In this document: positions 59,641-64,000 of the stretch, piece after piece
How the letters are laid out: the number at the start of each line of letters is the position of its first letter
How positions within the stretch are numbered: the first letter of the stretch is position 1
Source: Felis catus
Lineage: Eukaryota
Direction of reading: 5' to 3'
Assembly: GCF_018350175.1 (NCBI RefSeq)
Contig: NC_058368.1
Location: forward strand, 100,566,001-100,630,000
Length of the DNA stretch: 64,000 nucleotides
Position numbers and translations under genes: made by a program
Notes under the pieces: model-generated
The model's input: only the letters and a program-made list of their open reading frames with translations
The model's database searches: none
What the model was told of the DNA's origin: nothing

Positions 59641-60454
59641 TGAGTAAATAACTTTTTTTTTAAGTCTAAATGAGTTTCAGCATCAACATTACTGCATTTG
59701 CATTTGTCTTAGCCCAAACTCTTTTGAAGGGAATTTCTGGCTTCAGAAAGCTGCTGTTGGCATAAGTTTTGCTCCTGAATTTGCTGCCTGGGAACAAACA
59801 CAAGTGAATTCCTTTGGGTTCCTTGATAGATGAAGTTTTCCTCCCTTGGGGAATGTGTACTTCCCAGGCAAGAAGGTGGGGCAGTCTCCTAGGTTTGGTT
59901 TCTTGGGCTCATTCCTAGACACTGAGGGCAGTGGAGTGGAACCAGACTAGAATATTCTCTTAGCTGCAGGATCCAAATGGTCAGTCCCAATGACCACCCC
60001 CTTTTGCCTAGACCACCACAGACCCTTTTCTTTTTCCTTCTTGCTTCAGCATCTGGTTCTGGCCAGTGCTGAGGATGAGAATTTCCCCTCCCCTCTCTCC
60101 TTCCCATACCCTCTGTAAACAGTGCACAGTGGTTGATATACAGCCCTTCACTCCCCAGCACCCAGGCAGGCTGGCCATGTTCAGCTCTTGGCCTCATTGT
60201 GCAAAGGAAGAAACATATGCTGCTCTCAGGTCCTTCTGACAGAGGTAGAGGTGACACCCATCAACAGAGCTTGCTGCTCTGTGGTGCATTTATCGTGTGT
60301 CATTTAAAGGGAGAAATGTTCTGAATGCTAACACAGTTGTGCCTAAAAAAAGAGTCCATTGCAAAATGAGTAGATGACCCCTTCCAGGAGAAAACATGAA
60401 GACAGGTCAGAGGAGAAGGGACATGTTGGCATGGGAAGCCAGCAGGGAAAATGG

Positions 60455-60680
60455 TAGTAATAGTAACAGGCAAAGTTATTGGAGCACTCAGTCAGTGGCA
60501 AGCACAATTATACATATGTTATTGCATGAATATTCACAAGGAACCTATGAAGTAAGTACTATCCCTCCTATTTTATAAATAAAGAAACCAAGGCTAAGAG
60601 AGGTTGGCCAAGGTCACACAGCTTTTAACAAAAGTCAGGGGTCATGCCCAGATAGTCTGTCCTCAAAGGCTATATTCTTC
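60455..60680 (-). mobile_element. MIR
   Basis: aacctatgaagtaagtacta..ctattttataaataaagaaaccaaggct.agagaggtt..ccaaggtcacacagc. Confidence 0.8.
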
Positions 60681-60908
60681 CTCCATTTTCTTTTTAAAGT
60701 ATGAAGTCTTACATCTAAGAAATAATAATGTTTGTAGAAGAAGAAAACCTAGAAGAAATACCAGAAGGATATGATAGTTTTGAGCAGAACTGCATCCTAC
60801 TCAACTGTGCACCATCGTTTCCTACCATACTACTTGTTGAATTTGCCTGTGCACTACTTATGACATACCAAAAATGCTTGTTGCAAGGACAGCAAAAGAT
60901 GATTTTCT

Positions 60909-61135
60909 TTTTTTTTTTTAATTTTTTTTTCAACGTTTTTTATTTATTTTGGGACAGAGAGAGACAGAGCATGAACGGGGGAGGGGCAGAGAGAGAGGGA
61001 GACACAGAATCGGAAACAGGCTCCAGGCTCCGAGCCATCAGCCCAGAGCCTGACGCGGGGCTCGAACTCACGGACCGCGAGATCGTGACCTGGCTGAAGT
61101 CGGACGCTTAACCGACTGCGCCACCCAGGCGCCCC
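60909..61135 (-). mobile_element. Young felid SINEC_Fc-type SINE
   Basis: Perfect TSD aaaagatgattttct at 60894-60908 and 61136-61150; nearly identical to the copy at 21963. Confidence 0.97.
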
Positions 61136-61150
61136 AAAAGATGATTTTCT

Positions 61151-61275
61151 AAAGCAGAAATAGACCCATAAATACAGAGAACAAAGCGATGGTCGCCAGA
61201 AGGAGAGGGGGAGGGGGAGCGGGAGGGGCAAAATGGGTGAAGGGAAGTGGGAAACAGAGAACGCGGCTATGGTAT
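61151..61275 (+). mobile_element. Carnivore L1 3'UTR fragment
   Basis: aaagcagaaatagacccataaatacagagaacaaa.tggtcgccaga..ggcaaaatgggtgaaggg.agtgg. Confidence 0.75.
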
Positions 61276-62679
61276 AGGACAATAACAAGGATCATACTGC
61301 TTAACACAGTGGGTCTCAGGAAAACAATTTTCATTGTATAGAAATAAATACAGCTCTTGGGGTCTTCCTGTTCTTTGGAAAAGTTGACTTCAGTTCACTC
61401 TCAAAAAGTAAACAAATAAACAAGGAATAGATAATGTCTGTCAGCCTCATGGTCTTGATAAGGTCTAGTCCACATTGGTTCCTGATTAAAGGAGAGCCGC
61501 ATTTTTGAGAGCCACATTGTGTATGTCTCTATAGTCGCACCATGATAAAAATCAAGCCTGGCCAGATTATAGAAGATCGCTATTTTTTGAAGTCGCAGCA
61601 CATATTAATATAATAAATCTAGCTACCCCAGCAGATAAGATTGCAGGCTGGCAAGATTCTTTTTTGGTGTTGTTGTAATTATTATTATTTACCAAAATGG
61701 CAGAATTGTTTTTAAAGGTTTCTCTTTTGGCTGACCTTTGCAGACATACAAGATGTGTACCTATATGCTTAAAGAAATGCAGGTTTGCTCTGTACTCAAA
61801 ACAAGTGTGTACCATATTGATGCTAGATATTTTCAAAAGCACGTGTATGCAGTATCAGTCTTTGGGCTTTTGCATTGCTTTAAAAAAGCTCCTCATGCCT
61901 GGATTTCTTTGACAACCACAGAAAGCTAGTACGTGGGAAAGCAGCCTTTGAAAACTCGTGAAGGTCTGTGAGTTGCATTCTGAAGTGCCAAAACTCAGGT
62001 GCCAAAAATACTTATGAAAACAACTGCTGTGCCAAAAATACACACATATTAAATTTAAGTTACAGAGTAACTCAGCAAGACACTTAAAGTAGAGTTTCCA
62101 GTGGCTCATGGGTCTCAGATAACAGTCAGGCAGTAATGTGAGATTAGACATATTTTCTTTTCTACTTTTCCGTTCATCATTGCTCTTTTATGAGTACAAT
62201 AATATGTATTTGGGGCTAGAAAAAAAGTTGGGTGATAATAAAATGAGAAAATAATGTTTGAGAACTACATTGGCTGGTCTTATACAGAGATGGTCCCCAA
62301 GGCCAGCATTGCTAAGAAGACAGAAAAAAATATCCCTCAGGAGCCCCACACCAGTAAGCTATCAGGACTACTCTTGCCTTAGCCACAGAGGACCAGCTTT
62401 CACTTGTGTATTCATGCCCAGAGTTCATAGCATTTTCTTGGAAGCCCTACGGCTGTGTACCCAAAGTGGCAGGAAGATAGTCAAGCAGATAATACTGACA
62501 CTCCTAAAGTTGATGGTAGTTGACAAAAACCTCCCAAACATAAAGCCCTACCACCGTGCTCAGCTCTGGTCTGCAAGGAGACTCCCTCGTGAACTCTGAA
62601 AGTTCCTAGGTGAAGCGAGAAGTTTAATCCTTTTGAGACTGATCAACTCAAGATTTTAACCTGCAGTTTATTAAGGGGT

Positions 62680-62792
62680 TATAGTGCGGGCATTCTGTAC
62701 CTTGGCTCTGCAGTCCCTAGGAGATCAATAGGTAGTCTTAAGTGGGTCTAGAACCCCTGAAAACATAAGAAAAATTTTGTATGTGTGCGCAT

Positions 62793-62829
<37 letters not shown>

Positions 62830-62890
62830 GTGATTTTCAGTGGATTCTGAAATGAATCTATGCTCACAAAAAGTTAAGACCTATGGATCT
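62680..62890. mobile_element. hAT-Charlie-like MITE, family unresolved, containing (CA)17 at 62794-62827
   Basis: gaacccctgaaa..aaaattttgtatgtgtg..gattct.aaa..aaaaagttaaga. A related fragment lies in opposite orientation near 23415-23480. Confidence 0.45.
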
Positions 62891-63249
62891 CTAATCCCTA
62901 GTATCATTCATCTTGTTTGAAAATCCTGGAAGGTCTTGGAACAGTCGTCTAGCATTCTATGCATGGATAGTTAACTGCATTCAGATGATTCCCAAAAGTC
63001 ACAGTAAAAGCTGGCACAGCCATGGTCGTAGCACAGGGATCTGTACTTGAAATACAACAGCGTGTCACGAATCGCTAAGCTAATTTCTATGGCCCTTCCG
63101 TTGTTTTTAAGATCAAGGTAGGAAAAAATAAACCCTCTGAATTTCACATCCACGTACCAAGGATGGGTATAACTTTGGTGTGAAGTGACCACCCCCCAAA
63201 CCATCCTTCGTAGAGCCGCCAGAACTACTGTCCTCAACCTAGTATCCGA

Positions 63250-63730
63250 TCAAATAAGTTACCCTTCTTGAAACCTTGTAAGCACAGCTTTCTAACATTT
63301 ACTGTGAGAAGTCCAAACCATGGTTCAAGGTGTTCCGTGATCTGCTCCTGACATTTTTCAGCTTCATCTCCACTACCTCCGGTCTGGCACCCAGGGGTCC
63401 AGCCGGGTCAAAATGCCCGATGCATGAGGCATGAGGCTTCCACATTCTGCGACCATATACACAGCATGGCCCTCTTTCAAAGTCCCTCTGCTTCATAAAC
63501 TCCCTCTCATGCTTTAAGACACAGCATAGAAAGGATTCCTTGAACTCTGCCCGTAATGTGACCCATTTTCTCCCTTGTCCCTCAACTTTTAGCTGCCCCA
63601 TTAGCTTTTATCACACCGCACCATATCTGTTGGGTTGTAAGCTCCTTGAGTTCAGAAATTGTGTTATTCATCAGTTGGTCTTGATTGTCAGATACATGAT
63701 AGGTAACCAATAAGTATTTAGTCAGTTGGA
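63250..63730 (+). mobile_element. L2 3' region
   Basis: aagtccaaac..ttccgtgatctgctcctg..tgtaagctccttgag..tgtgttattcatc..caataagtattt. Confidence 0.7.
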
Positions 63731-64000
63731 TATTCTGTGGGTGTGGGCAAATGAGAGACCCATGCCAAGGGCCTATGTAGCATGGGAGTGAATAGGTGGC
63801 TCAAGTGATTGCCTTACATCAAAACCACGACCTCTGATTCTGAAAGATGTTTGCATTCCACTGGAGCTGTATGATCCTCCCCCCGACCTGCTCTTGCATG
63901 AGATGATGGACATGGGACAGTAAGGAGGCAGGGCACTTGGGTGGGTGTCTGCACTGTGAACAGATACACCTTTGCAGCGACCTACAGCCACAGAGCCTGG

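Noticed and set aside
60728..61111. 127-aa ORF starting MFVEEENLEEIPEGYDSF
   Set aside because: No recognisable homology or splice context, and the second half is an antisense SINE.
5962..61288. Recurring ORF family (WVAQSVKRPTSAQVMIS..., GAPGWRSRLSVRLQPGHDLAVREF...)
   Set aside because: These are translations of Can-SINE bodies and (CT)n tracts, not a gene family.
61592..61615. U6 snRNA pseudogene (gcagcacatat)
   Set aside because: The match is only about 11 nt and the rest of U6 is absent.

Overview
Mammalian, non-coding DNA from a cat-family genome, judged by abundant Can-SINEs including young felid SINEC_Fc-type copies. I recognise no intact protein-coding gene, RNA gene, CRISPR array or CpG island, so the window reads as a large intron or intergenic interval. 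By manual count it holds about 37 Can-SINEs, old L1, L2 and MIR fragments, seven LTR pieces (MLT1D, MLT1J/K, MLT1G/H, MLT2, MER31, LTR16A-like and one unassigned) and several DNA-transposon relics (MER20, MER5, MER94, MADE2). The largest feature is a near full-length, inactivated Tigger1 at about 44990-48477. It sits inside a MER20 and carries five SINEs, one nested inside another. The most notable structural signal is an apparent L1 3' transduction of about 1.2 kb that splits an older L1MB at 2.7-3.9 kb. Several repeat-free islands carry motif clusters and strong splice sites and may be enhancers, an alternative promoter or small exons. I found no convincing new biological system. Repeat family names come from recalled consensus sequences rather than a database search, and the boundaries of old elements are approximate.
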